A stretch of 64,000 nucleotides of DNA from the human T2T-CHM13v2.0 reference genome, Homo sapiens. Both the position numbers and the translations under genes were made by a program. Under the pieces are notes generated by a model. The model did no database searches and was not told the DNA's origin. It saw only the letters and a program-made list of their open reading frames with translations. Where the stretch lies: NCBI RefSeq assembly GCF_009914755.1, contig NC_060941.1; one strand, written 5' to 3'. Positions 1 to 14,115 of the stretch are shown here, piece by piece. The stretch's first letter is position 1. Each line of letters opens with the position of its first letter.

Positions 1-1528
1 AATCACCACACTGTCTTCCACACTGGTTGAACTAATTTACACTCCTATCAACAGTGTAAAAGCATTCCTGTTTCTCCATAATCTTGCCAGCATCTTTTCA
101 TTTTTTTGAATTATAGCCATTCTGACTGTTGTGAGATGGTGTCTCATTGTGGTTTTGATTTGCATTTCTCAGATGATCAGTGATGTTGAAGTTTTTTTGT
201 TTGTTGGCTGCATGTATGCCTTCTTTTGAAAAGTGTCTGTTTGTGTCCTTTGACCACTTTCTAATGGGGTTGAGTTTTTTTTTCTTGTAAATTTGTTTAA
301 GTTCCTTGTAGATGCTGGATATTAGACCTTTGTCAGATGGATAGAGTGCAAAAATTTTCTCCCATTCTGTAGGTTGTCGGTTTACTCTGTTGATAGGTTC
401 TTAATGCTGTGCAGAAGCTCTTTAGTTTAATTAGATCCCATTTGTCAATTTTGGCTTTTGTTGCAATTGCTTTTGGCATCTTCGTCATGAAATCTTTGCC
501 CTTGCCTGTGTCCTGAATGGCATTGCCTAGGTTTTCTTCCAGGATTTTTATAGTTTTGGGTTGTAGATTTAAGTCTTTAATCCATCTTGAGTTAACTTTT
601 GTATATGGGTTAAGGAAGGGGTCCCGTTTCAATTTGCTGCATATGGCTAGCCAGTTCTCCCAGCACCATTTATTAAATAGGGAATCTTTTCCCCATTGCT
701 TCCTTTTGTCAGGTTTGTCAAAGATCACATGGTTGTAGGTGTGTGGTCTTATTTCTGGGTTCTCTATTCTGTTCCATTGGTCTATGTGTCGGTTCTTGTA
801 CCAGCACTATGCTGTTTTGGTTACTGTAGTCTTGTAGTATATTTGAAGCTGGGTAGCATGATGCCTCTAGCTTTGCTCTTCTTGCTTAGGATTGTCTTGG
901 CTATTTGGGCTCTTTTTTGGTTCCATATGAATTTTAAAATAGCTTTTTCTAGGTCTGTAAAGAATGTGAATAGTAGTTTAATGGGCCTAGCATTTAATTT
1001 ACAGATTGCCTTGGGCAGTGTGGTCATTTTCACGATATTGATCCTTCCTGTCTGTGAGCATATGTTTTTCCATTTGTTTGTGTCATCTCTGATTTCTTTG
1101 AATAATGGTTTATAGTTATCCTTGAAAAGGTCCTTCACTTTTCTTGTTAGCTGTATTCCTAGATATTATACTCTTCTTGTGGCAATTGTGAATGGGAGTT
1201 AATTCATGAGTTTTCTCTCGGCTTGCCTGTTGTTGGTGTATAGGAATGCTAGTGACTTTTGCACATTGATTTTGTATCCTGAGACTTTGTTGAAGTTGCT
1301 TATCAGCTAAGAAGTTTTTGAGCTGAGATGATGGAGTTTTCTAGATATAGGATCATATCATCTGCAAACAAAGATAGTTTGACTTCCTGTCTTCCTATTT
1401 GAATAGCTTTTCTTTCTTTCTCTTGCCTGATTGCCTTGGTGAGAATTTCTAATACTGTGTTGAATAGGAGTGGTGAGAGAGGGCATCTTTGTCTTGTGTC
1501 AGTTTTCAAGGGAACGCTTCCAGGTTTT
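1..1528 (-). mobile_element. L1PA-type LINE-1 ORF2 3' fragment (antisense)
   Basis: Broken ORF2 peptides ([17 protein letters not shown]; [14 protein letters not shown]; CPLSPLLFN...LFADDMILY). Confidence 0.95.
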
Positions 1529-1530
1529 CA

Positions 1531-4500
1531 GGTACTCAGGCAACAAATAGCGTTACAATAGAATAGTACCTCACATCTCAATGCTAATGTTGAACGTAAA
1601 TGGCCTAAATGCTCCACTTAAAAGATATAGAATGGCAGAATGGGTAAGAATTCATCAACCAAGTTGCTGCTGTCTTCAGGAGACTCACCTAACACATACG
1701 GACTCACATAAACTTAAGGCAAAGGGTTGGAAAAAGACACTTCGTCTAAATGGACACATCAAAAGCGAGCAGGAGTAGCTGTTCTTATATCAGACAAAAC
1801 GGACTTTAAGACAACAGCAGTTTTAAAAAGACAAAGAGGGACATTATATAATGATAAAAGGACTAGTTCAACAGGAAAATATCACAGTCCTAAATATATA
1901 TGCACCTAATACTGGAGATCCCAAATTTATAAAACAATTACTACTAGACATAAGAAATGAGGTAGTTGGCAACACAATAATAGTGGGGGATGTTAATACT
2001 CCGCTGGCAGCACGAGGCAGATCACCAAGACAGAAAGTCAACAAAGAAACAATGGACTTAAACTATACCCTGGAACATATGGACTTAACAGATGCTTACA
2101 GAACATTCTACCCAACAAGCATAGAATATACATTGTATACATCAGAACACGGGACATTCTCCAAAATAGACCATATGATAGGGCACAAAACAAGTCTCAG
2201 TAAATTTAAGAAAATCAGAATTATATCAAGTACTCTCTCAGACCACAGTGGAATAAAATTGGAAATTAATTCCAAAAGGAACACTCAAAAGCATGCAAAT
2301 ACATGGTAATTAAATAACCTACTCCTGAATGATTGTTGGGTCAACAATGATATCAAGAGGGAAATTTAAAAATTCTTTGAACTGAACGATAATAGTGACA
2401 CAACCTATCAAAAACTCTGGGATACAGCAAAAGTGGAGCTAAGAAGAAAATTCATAGCATTAAATGCCTATATCAAAAAGTCTGAAAGAGCACAAATAAA
2501 CAATCTAAGGTCACACCTCACAGAATTGGAGAAACTAGAACAGTCCAAATCCAAACCCAGCAGAAGAAAAGAAATAACAAAATCAGAACAAAACTAAATG
2601 AAATTGAAACAAAAAAATACAACAGATAAATGAAACAAAAAGCTGGTTCTTTGAAAAGATAAATAAAATTGATAAGCATTAGCAAGATTAATCAAGAAAA
2701 GAAGAGAGAAGATCCAAATAAGCTCTATTAGAAATGAAATGGGAGATATTACCACTGATACCACAGAAATACAAAAGATTATTCAAGACTACTATGAACA
2801 TCTTCACATCCATAAACTAGAAAACCTACAGGAGATCGATAAATTCCTGGAAATATACAACCCTCCTGGATTAAATTAGGAAGATATAGAGACTCTGAAC
2901 AGACCAATCAGAAGCAGCAAGATTGAAAATGGTAATTTAAAAATTGCCAACAACAAAAAAGTCCAGGACCAGATGAATTCACACCTGAATTCTATCAGAC
3001 ATTCAAAGAATTGGTACTCATCCTATTAACACTATTTCACAGGATAGAGAAAGAGAAATCTTCCCTAAATCATTTGATGAAACCAAAATCACCATGATAT
3101 GGTTTGGCTCTGTGTCCCCACCCAAATCTCATCTTTTAGCTCCCATAATTCCCACATGTTGTGAGAAGGACCCAGTAGGAGATGATTGAATCATGAGGGC
3201 GGGTCTTTTCCATGCTGTTCTCATGACAGTGAGTGAATGTCACAAGATCTGATGGTTTTAAAAACAGGACTTTCTCTACACAAGCTCTTTCTTTTTGCCT
3301 GCTGCCATTCACGTAGGATGTGACTTGCTCTTCCTTGACTCTACCATGACTTTGAGGCCTCCCCAAATATGTGGAACTGTAAGTCAAATAAACCTCTTTC
3401 TTTTGTAAATTGCCCAGTCTCAGATATGTCTTTATCAGCAGTGTGAAAATGGACTAATACACACCCTAATACTGAAACAGACTAATAGACACCCTAATAC
3501 CAAAAGCAAGGAAGGACATAATGAGAAAAGAAAGCTACAGACCAACATCCCTGATGAACAGAGATGCAGTAATCCTCAAAAAAAAATACTAGCTAGCTGA
3601 ATCTAACAACATATCAAAAAGATAATCCATCATGATCAAGTGGGTTTCATACCAGGGATGCAGGGATGGTTTAACATCTACAAGTCAATAAATGCGATAC
3701 ACTACATAAACAGAATTAAAAAACAAAAGTCACATGATCATCTCAATAGATGCAGAAAAACCACTTGAGAAAATCCAGCATCCTTATTTTATTAAGACCC
3801 TCAGCAAAATCAGCATAGAAGGGACATACATTAAGGTAATAAAAGCCATCTATGACAAACCCACAGCCAGCATTATACTGAACAGGGAAAAGTTGAAAGC
3901 ATTCCTCCTGAAAACTGGAAGAAGACAAGATTGCCCGCTTTCTCCACTTCTATTCAACATGGTACTGGAAGTTCTAGCCAGAGCAATCAGACAAGAGAAA
4001 GAAATCAAGGGCATCCAAAGTGGTAAAGAAGAAGTCTGCCTATTGCTGTTTCCCAATGATATGATTGTATACCTAGAAAACCCTAAAGACTCATCCAAAA
4101 AGCTTCTAGAACTGGTAAATGCATTCAGCAAAGTTTCAGGATACAGAGTTACACACAAGTGTGCACAAATCCGTAGCTGTGCTATACACCTTCAGCGACC
4201 AAGCCAAGAATCAAATCAATAACTCAACCCTTTTTACAATAGCTACAAATAATAATAATAATAATAAAATACTTAGGAATGTTCCTAACCAAGGAGGTGA
4301 AAGATCTCTGCGTGGAAAACTACAAAACACTACTGAAAGAAATCACAGATGACACAAACAAATGGCAGCACATCCCATGCTCATGGATGGGTAGAATCAA
4401 TATTGTGAAAATGACCATACTGCCAAAAGCAATCTACAAATTTAATCCAATTCCCATCAAAATACCACCATCATTCTTTACAAAATGATGAAAAATAATC

Positions 4501-6012
4501 CCAAAATTCATATGGAACCAAAAAAGAGCCTACATAGCCAAAGGAAGACTAACCAAAAAGAATAAATCTGGTGACATCACATTACCTAACTCCAAACTAT
4601 TCTGTAACACCATAGTCACTAAAACAGCATGATACTGGTATAAAAATAGGCACATAGACCAATGGAACAGAATAGAGAACCCAGAATTAAAGCCAAATAC
4701 TTACAGCCAGCTGATCTTCAACAAAGTGAGGAAAGGACACCCTATTCAACAAATAGTGCTGGGATAATTGGCTAGCCACATTTAGGAGAATGAAACTGGA
4801 TCCTTATCTCTCACCTTATACAAAAATCAACTCAAGATGGATCAAGAACTTAAGACCTGAAGCCTTAAAAATTCTAGAAGATATCATTGGAAAAACCCTT
4901 CTAGACATTGGCTTAGGCAAAGACTTCATGACCAAGAAGCTCAAAACAAATGCAACAAAAACAAAAGATAAATAAATGGGACTTAACTAAACTAAAAAGC
5001 TTTTGCACAGCAAAAGAAATAATTAGCAGAGTTAACAGACAACACACAGAGTGGGAGAAAATCTTCACAACCTACACATCCAACAAAGGACTAATATTCA
5101 GAATCTACAAAGAACTCAAATCAGTAAGAAAGAAACCAATCCCATAAAAAAGTGGGCTAAGGACACGAATAGACAATTCTCAAAAGAAAATATACAAATG
5201 GCCAACAAGCATATGGAAAAATGCTCAACATCACTAATGATCAGGGAAATGCAAATCAAAACCACAACGCGATATCACCTCATTCCTGTAAGAATGGCAA
5301 TATTAAAAAAATTAAAAAATAATAGATGTCGGCATGGATGTGGTGGAAAGGGAGCACTTTTATAGTGTTGATGCTAATGTAAACTAGTACAACCACTATG
5401 GAAAACGGTGTGGAGATTGCTTAAAGAACTAAAAGTAGATCTACCATTTGATCCAACAACCCCATTCCTCAGTATCTACCCAGAGGAAAAGAAGTCATTA
5501 TACAAAAAAGATACTTGTACACACGTTTATAGCAGCAAAATTCATAATTGTGAAAATATGGAACCAGCCCAAATGCCCATCAATCAATGAGTGGATAAAG
5601 AAAATGTGATATGTGCACACACACCCCATAGAATACTACTCAGCCATAAAAAGGAGCAAACTGAATGGAATTGGAGACCATTCTTCTAATTGCAGCAACC
5701 TGGATGGAATTGGAGACCATTCTTCTAAGTGAAGTAGCTCAAGAATGGAAAACCAAACATCATATGTTCTCATATGTGGGAACTAAGCTATGAGAATGTA
5801 AAGGCATAAGAATGATACAGTGGACTTTGGGGACTCAGGGGAAATGGTGGGAAGGGAGTGAGAAATAAAAGACTACACATTGAGTACAGTGTACACTGCT
5901 CGGGTGAGGGATGCACCAAAATCTCAAAAATCACCACTAAAGAACTTATTTATATAACCAAACACCACCTGTTCCTTAAAAACCTATTGAAATAAAAAGT
6001 AAATTTAAAAAA
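1531..6012 (+). mobile_element. 5'-truncated L1PB1-like LINE-1 (ORF2, 3'UTR and A-tail), degenerate
   Basis: EN motifs (LNVNGLN, LQETH, GDVNTPL, SDH), RT region, C-terminal region, L1PB-type 3'UTR ending cctattgaaataaaaa. Confidence 0.93.
3095..3461 (+). mobile_element. MaLR solo LTR (THE1/MSTA type) inserted in the L1PB
   Basis: tgatatggtttggctctgtgtcccc...ggactaataca; TG..CA ends; TSD cacca/caccc. Confidence 0.92.
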
Positions 6013-8715
6013 ACCTCCTGGATTCATTGATTTTTTTGAAGGTTTTTTTGTGTCTCTATTTCAGTTCAGCTCTGATCTTGGTTATTTCTTGTCTTCTGCT
6101 AGCTTGGGAGTTTGTTTCCTCTTGGTTCTCTAGTCCTTTTAGTTGTAATATTAGGTTGTTAACTTGAGATCTTTCTCTCTTTTTGATGTGGGCATTTAGT
6201 GCTATAAATTTTCCTCTTAACACTGCTTTAGCTGAGTCCTGGAGATTCTGTTATGTTGTCTCTTTGTTCTAATTAGTTTTAAAACACTTCTTGATCTCTG
6301 CCATAATTTTATTATTTACCCCAAAGTCATTCAGGAGCAGATTGTTCAATTTCCATATAGTTGTGTGGTTTTAAGTGAATTTCTTAATCTTGAGTTCTAA
6401 TTTGATTTTGCTGTGGTCTGAGAGACTCTTTGTTATGATTTCAGTTATTTTTCATTTGCTGAGGAGTGTTTTTCTTCCTAATTTATGATTAGTTTTAGGG
6501 TAAGTGTCATGTGGCTATGAGAAGAATGTATATTCGCTTGTTTTTTGTTGGAGAGTTCTGTAGATATCTATCATGTCTACTTGATCCACAGCTGAGTTCA
6601 GGTCCTGAATATCTTTGTTAATTTTCTGTCTCCATGATGTGTCTAATATTGTCATTGTGGTGTTAAAGTCTCCCACTATTATTGTGTGGGAGTCTAAGTC
6701 TCTTTGAAGGTCTCCAATAACTTGCTTTATGAACCTGGGTGCTCTTGTATAGGGTGCATATATATTTAGGATAGTTAGCTCTTCTGGTTGAATTGAACCC
6801 TTTACCAACAGGTAGTGCTCTTCTTTGTCTTTTTTGATCTTTGTTAATTTAAAGTCTGTTTTGTTAGAAACTAGGATTGCAAGCTCTGTTTTTTTCTGCT
6901 TTCTGTTTGCTTGGTAAATTTTCCTCCATCCCTTTATTTTTAGCGTATGTGTTTCTTTGTGTGTGAGATGGGTCTCTTGAATACAGCATACTGATGGGTC
7001 TTGGTTCTTTATCTAGCTTGCCATTCTGTGTCTTTCATTGGAGAACACATTGAGATTTAAGGTTAGTAGTATTATATGTGGATTTGATCTCATCATCATG
7101 ATGCTAGCTGGTTATTTTGCTAACTTGTTTGTGTGGTTGCTTCACAGTGTCACTGTTCTTTGTACTTTAGTGTGTTTTTCTGGTGCCTGGTAATGGTTTT
7201 TCCTTTTCATATTTACTGCTTCCTTCAGGAGCTCTTGCAAGACAGGTCTGGTAGTAACAAGTTCCCTCAGCATTTGCTTGTCTGAAAAGCATCTTATTTA
7301 TCCTTTGCTTATGAAGCTTGGTTTGGCCAGATGTGAAATTCTGGGTTGGAAATTCTTTTCTTTAAGAATGTTGAATATTGGTTCCCAGTATCTTCTGACT
7401 TGTAGGGTTTCCACTGAGAGGTCGGCTGTTCATCTGATGGGGTTCCCTTTGTAGGTGACCTGGCCTTTCTGTCTGACTGCCCTTAACATTTTTTCTTTCA
7501 TTTAGAGTTTGGAGAATCTGATGATTATGTGTCTCGGGGATGATCTCCTCGTGGAGTTCTCTGGATTTCTTGAATTTGAGTGTTGGCCTGTCTTGCTAGA
7601 ACTAACCTGGGGAAGTTAGTTCTCTTGAATCCTATGCTGAAGTATGTTTTCCAACTTGGTTCCATTCTCCTTGTCTTTTTCAGGTACCCCAATCCATCAT
7701 AGATTCGTTCTCTTTATGTAATCCCATATTTTTTGATGGTATCGTTCGTTCCTTTTCATTCTTTTATCTCTATTCTTGTCTGCCTGTCTTATTTCAGAAA
7801 GATTGTCTTCAAGCTCTGAGATTCTTTTCTTGGGCTATTCTGCTGTTAATAATTGTGATTTCATTGTGAAGTTCTTGTAGTGTGTTTTTCAGCTCTAACA
7901 GGTGAGTTATGTTTTTCTCTAGACCGGCTATTTTGGCTGTCCGCTCCTGTATTGTTTTGTCATGATTCTTAGTTTCTTTGCATTGGGTTACAAGATGCTC
8001 CTTTAGGTCATTGAAGTTCACTGTTATTCACATTCTGAAGCCTACTCTGTCATTTCAGCCATCTCAGGCTCAACCCAGTTCTGAGCCCTTGCTGGAGAGG
8101 TGTTGCAGGGATACTCTGGCTTTTTGAGTCCTCAGGATTTTGGGGTTATTTCTCATCTCTGTGGGTCTATCTTAAACTTTGACCTTGAGGATGGGGTTTT
8201 TGTGGCTTTTTAAATTGTTATTGTTGTTGTTTCCTGCTTGTTTTTCTTTTAACAGTCTGGCCACTCTTCTGCAGGGCTGCTGCAGTTTGCTGGGGGTTCG
8301 CACTATACCCTAGTTGCCTCGGTTTTTCCCATAGCTGGAGGTATCATCAGTGAAGTCTGTGAAACAGCAAAAATGGCTGCCTGCCACTTCCTCTGGAAGC
8401 TCCAGCCCAGCAGCGTACTGACTTATTGCTGGCTCGAAAGTGCATGTAAGGAGGTGGCTGGAGACCCCAGTTGGGAGGTCTCCTCCAGTCAGGAGAAATG
8501 GGATAAGGGACCTGCTTAAAGAATGATTCTGGCTACTTTTTGGTAGACCAGCTGTGCTGTGTTGGGGATCCCTTCAGTTCCCATTCAGTTTGGGCTGTCC
8601 AAAGGCCCACAGGCTGAATTGGCTGAGAAGCTTGAAAGGCCTAGGTGGCAGCCTGCCCCACCCCTCAGGCACTCCATCCCGGGAAGAAATTAGAGCTCTG
8701 TTAGCCCCATAGAAC
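6013..8715 (-). mobile_element. L1PA-type LINE-1 antisense fragment (ORF2 EN region, ORF1, part of 5'UTR)
   Basis: Peptides ELTILNIYAP...IVGDFNT (6515-6808); coiled-coil ORF1-like peptide (7809-8021). Confidence 0.9.
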
Positions 8716-10535
8716 ATGAGTGACCTACAATTTTGATTTGCCCTTTTACTGGTGATGTTGGCATTGATCACAAACAGTGGTGTCTGCTAGCTTTCTCCTC
8801 TGTAATGTTACTTTTTCACCTTGTAATTAATTAATATTAATATTTTGTGGGGAGGTAATTTGAGACTATGTAGATATCTCTGTTCTTCATCAAACAATTT
8901 ATTCATTTACTTGATTTGATATTTACTTGTGGTTTATTTCATTTAATAGGTTATAATTTGACAATTTTTTTAACAATTTTTTTCTTTTTAGAAATGTTTT
9001 ATTTTGACAATTTTAGACTTATAGAAAAATAGTAAGAAATCTACAAAACATTCTTGGATACTATTCCCCAAATGTGAACATTTTACTATATTTGCTTTAT
9101 CCTTTCTCCCCCTTTTCCTCTTCTCTTTCTAGGTAAATATAAATGTAGGTGCATAATATAGACTTTTTCTGAATGGTTTATAAGTTGCAGGTATGATGCC
9201 TCTTTATTTCTAAATAATTTTATGTGTGTCTCCTAAAAACAATGCATTATCTTGCATAATTATAGTATAACTATCAAAATCAGGAAATTAAAAATGGTTT
9301 ACTGTTAATATCTCATCCATAAACCTTATTTTACTTTTTTCAGTTGTCTCAATAATATTTTTTATAGCCAAATAATTTAAGATGGGTGATTTTACAATCC
9401 ATGATGTTGACTTTCATAATCCATGATGTTGAGAGGTTTCAGCATTTTTACGTTGATTCTTTCTCATCTCTGTGGGCCTATCTACCTTTGATGTTTGAGG
9501 TTGCTGGCCTTTGGAGGAGGTCGATCTGTGTCAAATTATTCTGTCTTTTTAGTCTCTTTTAGTCCAGCATGATTCCTGAGTCTTTCCTTGATTTTCATGG
9601 CATTTATGTGTTTGAAGAGTATGGGTCAGTTTTTTGTGGATTTTCTCTCAGTTTGGGTTCATAGGATATTTCTTCATGATTCAGTTCAGGTTATACCATT
9701 CAGGCAGGAAGGTCACACAAGTGAGGCTGAGTTCTTCCCAATGCAGCATATCTGGAGGCATATGCTGTTACTTGGCTCCATTACTGGCCAGTGTTGGCTT
9801 TGTTTGAGAATCTACCAGGTCTGTCCATGATAAAGTGACTATCTACCCTTTGTTTTTCACCAATGTCTTACGTGAACATAGTTTGAGGCTCTGTAAATAT
9901 CTGGTTACTCTAAACATCTCACCCACTAGATTTAGCATTTCATTGATTATTTTTGTTGGGTCAGTTATTATTATGGTGGTTGCCAAATCATGATTGTCTT
10001 CATCTTTCATTCCTTCTAAGTGGATAAGTAAAACAAAACAAAACCAACCAACAAATAGGGGAGAAGGGAAAATTTATTGTTTTGCTGTTCAGGTTCCCTC
10101 CGCTTTGACCAGTGGTAGCCATTTCAAGCTGAGTTCATGTCTTTTTGAACTGTCCTTATTGTTCTTTGAATACTTCCTTACTTTCTGGCATAAGCTGTTT
10201 CAACCATACTTCGTATTTTCTCTGCCCTAGCCCTTGAATCAGCCATTTTCATTTTTTTCCGGAAGCCCTGACTTTCTTTAGGGGACAGTAATTAGAAACC
10301 AATATCTGGGCAGTAATTGTGGTAGATACGTATGGCTATTGGAGTTGTCATTGCTCATAGGCTTCCTCAGTGAACAGAGCAGAAAAATACAGCTAGATGG
10401 ATAAATATACAAACATACATGCTTATATTCATCCATATTTCTATATTAGAATATACTGAAAACCATGAGTTCTTCCTGGTGATTCTAATTCCAGTTGAAT
10501 CACACATGGCTCATTTTAGTTTTTTTTTCCCTTTC

Positions 10536-10747
10536 AGTACTCTTGACCTTTGAACAATGTGGAAGTTAGAGGGGCTGAACCCCACACAGCCGAAAATTTG
10601 CCTAAATTTTGACTTCCCTGTAATGTAACTGCTGACTGACCTGATTAACTATTGTTGACCAGAAACCTTACCCATAACAAAGTTGATTAATATATATGCT
10701 GTATATTCTATGTATTATACACTATATTCTTATAAAAGTAAGCTAGA
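10536..10747. mobile_element. Tigger2/MER28-like DNA transposon fragment
   Basis: ttgacctttgaacaa...ttttgacttccc...ttgttgaccagaaaccttac...aaagtaagctaga resembles the recalled consensus. Confidence 0.65.
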
Positions 10748-11635
10748 ATTGCCTTAGCTATTCCAGCTGTTTTGGGGTTCGATATAAATTTTAAAATAGT
10801 TTATCCTAATTCTGTGAAGAATGTCATTGGTGGTTTGGTAGCTGACTTCAAACTATACTACAAACCTGCAGTAACAGAAATAGCATGGTACTGTTACAAC
10901 AGCAGACACATATACCAATGGAACAGAATAGAGAGCTAAGAAATAATGCAGCACACCTACAACCATCCAACCTTCAACAACTCCACTTAAAAAAAGCAAT
11001 GGGGAAAGCAATGGGACTGCTGGATCAAATGGCAATTCTAAGTTCTTTGAGAAATCGCCAAACTGCTTTCCACAATGACTAAACAAGTTTAAATTCCCAC
11101 CAGAAGTGCATAAACGTCCCCTTTTCTCCACAACCTTGCCAGCTTCTGTTAGTTTTTGACCTTTTAATAATAGTCATTCTGACTGGTGTGAGATGGTGTC
11201 TCACTGTGGTTTTGATTTGCATTTCTCTAATGATTAGTGAGTTTGAGCATTTTTTTCGTAGCCTTCTTGGCCACATGTTATGTCTTCTTTTGAAAAGTAT
11301 CTGTTCATGTCCTTTGCCCACTTTTGATGGGGTTGTTTGTTTTTTTTCTTGTAAATTTAAGTTCCTTGCAGATGCTGGATATTAGACCTTTGTCAGATGG
11401 CTAGGTTGCAAATATTTTCTCCCTTTCTGTGAGCTGTTCACTCTGTTGATAGTTTCTTTTGCCGTAAAGAAGCTCTTTAGTTTAATTAGGTCCCATTTGC
11501 CAATTTTTGTTTTTCTTGCAATTACTTTTGGCATCTTTGTCATGAAGATCATTTCCAGGTCCTACGTCCGCAATGGTATTTCCTAGGTTATCGTCCAAGG
11601 TTTTAATATGTTTTCATTTTAGATTTAAGTTTTTA
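10748..11635. mobile_element. Rearranged L1 ORF2 fragments (antisense/sense/antisense)
   Basis: Antisense 10748-10841, sense 10842-11008 (gacttcaaactatactacaa...), antisense 11009-11635. Confidence 0.8.
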
Positions 11636-11945
11636 ATCCTGCCTTTGCCTCCCAAAGTGCTGGGATTACAAGCGTGAGCTACCACACCCAGCGAGGAAGC
11701 CAAGTTTAACGTGTGTGCTCCACTCCTCCAACCTGGCCAAAGGGCAGTCATCATCACTGGCCACTACTGACCACAGCCTTTAGAAACTCCCCTTGAACGT
11801 GCTGGGCTGACCTTCCTCTGATCACAGGCAAGGTAACCATACACTCAAGGCCAATGATCCCATCTGCTGTGGGCTGGGTCATGCTCCCAATGCTTACAGA
11901 ACCTGGGAGGCAGAGGAAAACTCTGCCCATCCCATGGGACGTTAC

Positions 11946-12848
11946 CTGTAAGCTTTGAACACCAGAATCTTGAGGCCTATCTCTTTCTGGAAGGCTTTGT
12001 CTTCCTCTAAACCAGGAAGCTGGAGCAATTCCACCAGATTCTGTACAACAGATGCAACAAGAAAATTCATGAAGAATAGATCTTAGGTTGAATTTTTCAC
12101 AGAAGACCTTGTAAGAACAGACAATGGTGAGAAAAAAAAAGCCCGAGGTCAATACAATGGGGAAAAGCCTGTGAAGTGACCTGGCAGCAGCCACACCTGC
12201 TGTCACCTCCATTCCCCTCTCATCTTGGAAACAGATTTGCCCTTTACAACTCAACTCATAGCTCACCCGCCTTCAGAGACTTCTTGGCCCATCTTAGCTG
12301 GAAGGGATCTGTTCCAGCGCTGAGCTTTTATTTTGCTTAGCATCTACTCAGATGCCTTGACTGTGTGTGTCTCACAGTCCTACTGACTGACAAACTCCCT
12401 GGGGGCCGAGATGGCATGGATTCAGGTCTCAGATGCTCTATGGCACCTGGGAGCATCTTACACAGGTGAAGTGCTCAGTGATGATCTGGGGTCACTATTC
12501 TCTGCAGATCAGCATGTCTGAGAGGTAGGGGCTCACAGACTGTGGAACTGGTGTAAGACCTTTGTCTTTTCCCAGCTACTAACAGGTCCTGCTTGTCACA
12601 GCCCCTCCATGATACAAAGTTAAGTCATTTTATGTCTGACACAGGCAAAGGAAAACGACAGGCCCTTGCCTTCCCGGTCCTCAAGGGTCAGCTGTAAGAT
12701 GATGTCATAAAGCCGGATCAGGTCCTGGGGCCGGGGGAAGCACTTGCTGTCATCCTCTGGCTGCTGCTGCAGCAGAGCCCTCTGCAGACCTTTGGCCATG
12801 CTCTCATTACACTTGATTGCCATTGACAGCTTGATGTAAGTCAGGTAG
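11946..12848 (-). pseudogene. SRP68P3: Unprocessed two-exon fragment of SRP68
   Basis: 12692-12848 YLTYIKLSMAIKCNESMAKGLQRALLQQQPEDDSKCFPRPQDLIRLYDIILQ; 11946-12040 cag|NLVELLQLPGLEEDKAFQKEIGLKILVFKAY(R)|gtaac; separated by a 651-nt intron. The paralog number is inferred. Confidence 0.88.
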
Positions 12849-13000
12849 GTGGAATGCACCACACATCAGCTCAAGTTGTACTCAGAGAAGCAGAGGAACT
12901 GGGAGGACTGGACTACGAGTTGGGGCTGACCCAGAGGAAGTGGGGGGGTGAGTTGGGGCAAGGCCACAGCAGGGCCATTTGGCCTGGGCTTCAAGGGACC

Positions 13001-13494
<494 letters not shown>

Positions 13495-13605
13495 TTATGC
13501 AAACCATAGAAAAATGTTTGGCAACCATCGCAAGATACCTGACAATGTGAAATAGTTTTATTACAACTGGCCTGACCTTCAAAGGCCTTCACAGCTCCTG
13601 CCTTC

Positions 13606-14115
13606 ATGTTACCGTCTACTATGTTCCTCGTGCACCTTCCACTCAGCACAAATAGGCTGCACTGCCTCCGAAACACATCACTTGAATCCTGCCTCTGCTC
13701 CTTTGTCCATCTGAATCACCCTCTCCACATTTCTGACCCTGTAATCCTGATCTCACTTCATGAGGCAGTTCGCTTCTCTTTTGCATTTAGCTTTCCCCGG
13801 GGTACACTGTCAATAGCGTACTGTCTGATGTCATCAGTCAGCACTTCATCAGAGGCAATTATGTCCACAGAGCTTTTGGCTAATTACTGTCACTCCTCTT
13901 TACATGTGTGCATATGCATATCATCTTTCCCTAATGAGACTGGAAATCATGATTCATTCCCTGGAGCAGTGGTTTCCATAAGTGACCAACCCACAGACCA
14001 GTGCAAACTGGCTGCAAAAGAGCTTCCTCTGAGGAACTTATTAGAATGCAGATTCTTTGACTGCATGGGAGAGGAGGATCTCATAAATCTGGGTGTAATA
14101 GGCACAGAACGTTAG
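13606..14115 (+). ncRNA. FAM106B: FAM106-family locus (169-codon intronless ORF; probably lncRNA or putative protein)
   Basis: [32 protein letters not shown]...[15 protein letters not shown] recognised as the FAM106 putative protein; no domain; overlaps old repeats. The paralog letter is inferred. Confidence 0.7.

Noticed and set aside
333-8021. ORFs with endonuclease, reverse transcriptase and ORF1-like peptides as a novel RT system or active L1
   Set aside because: Fragmented, frameshifted LINE-1 relics; no intact ORF1 or ORF2.
11946-12848. Processed SRP68 retrocopy
   Set aside because: An intron separates the two exons and there is no poly(A) or TSD, so it is a DNA-level duplication.
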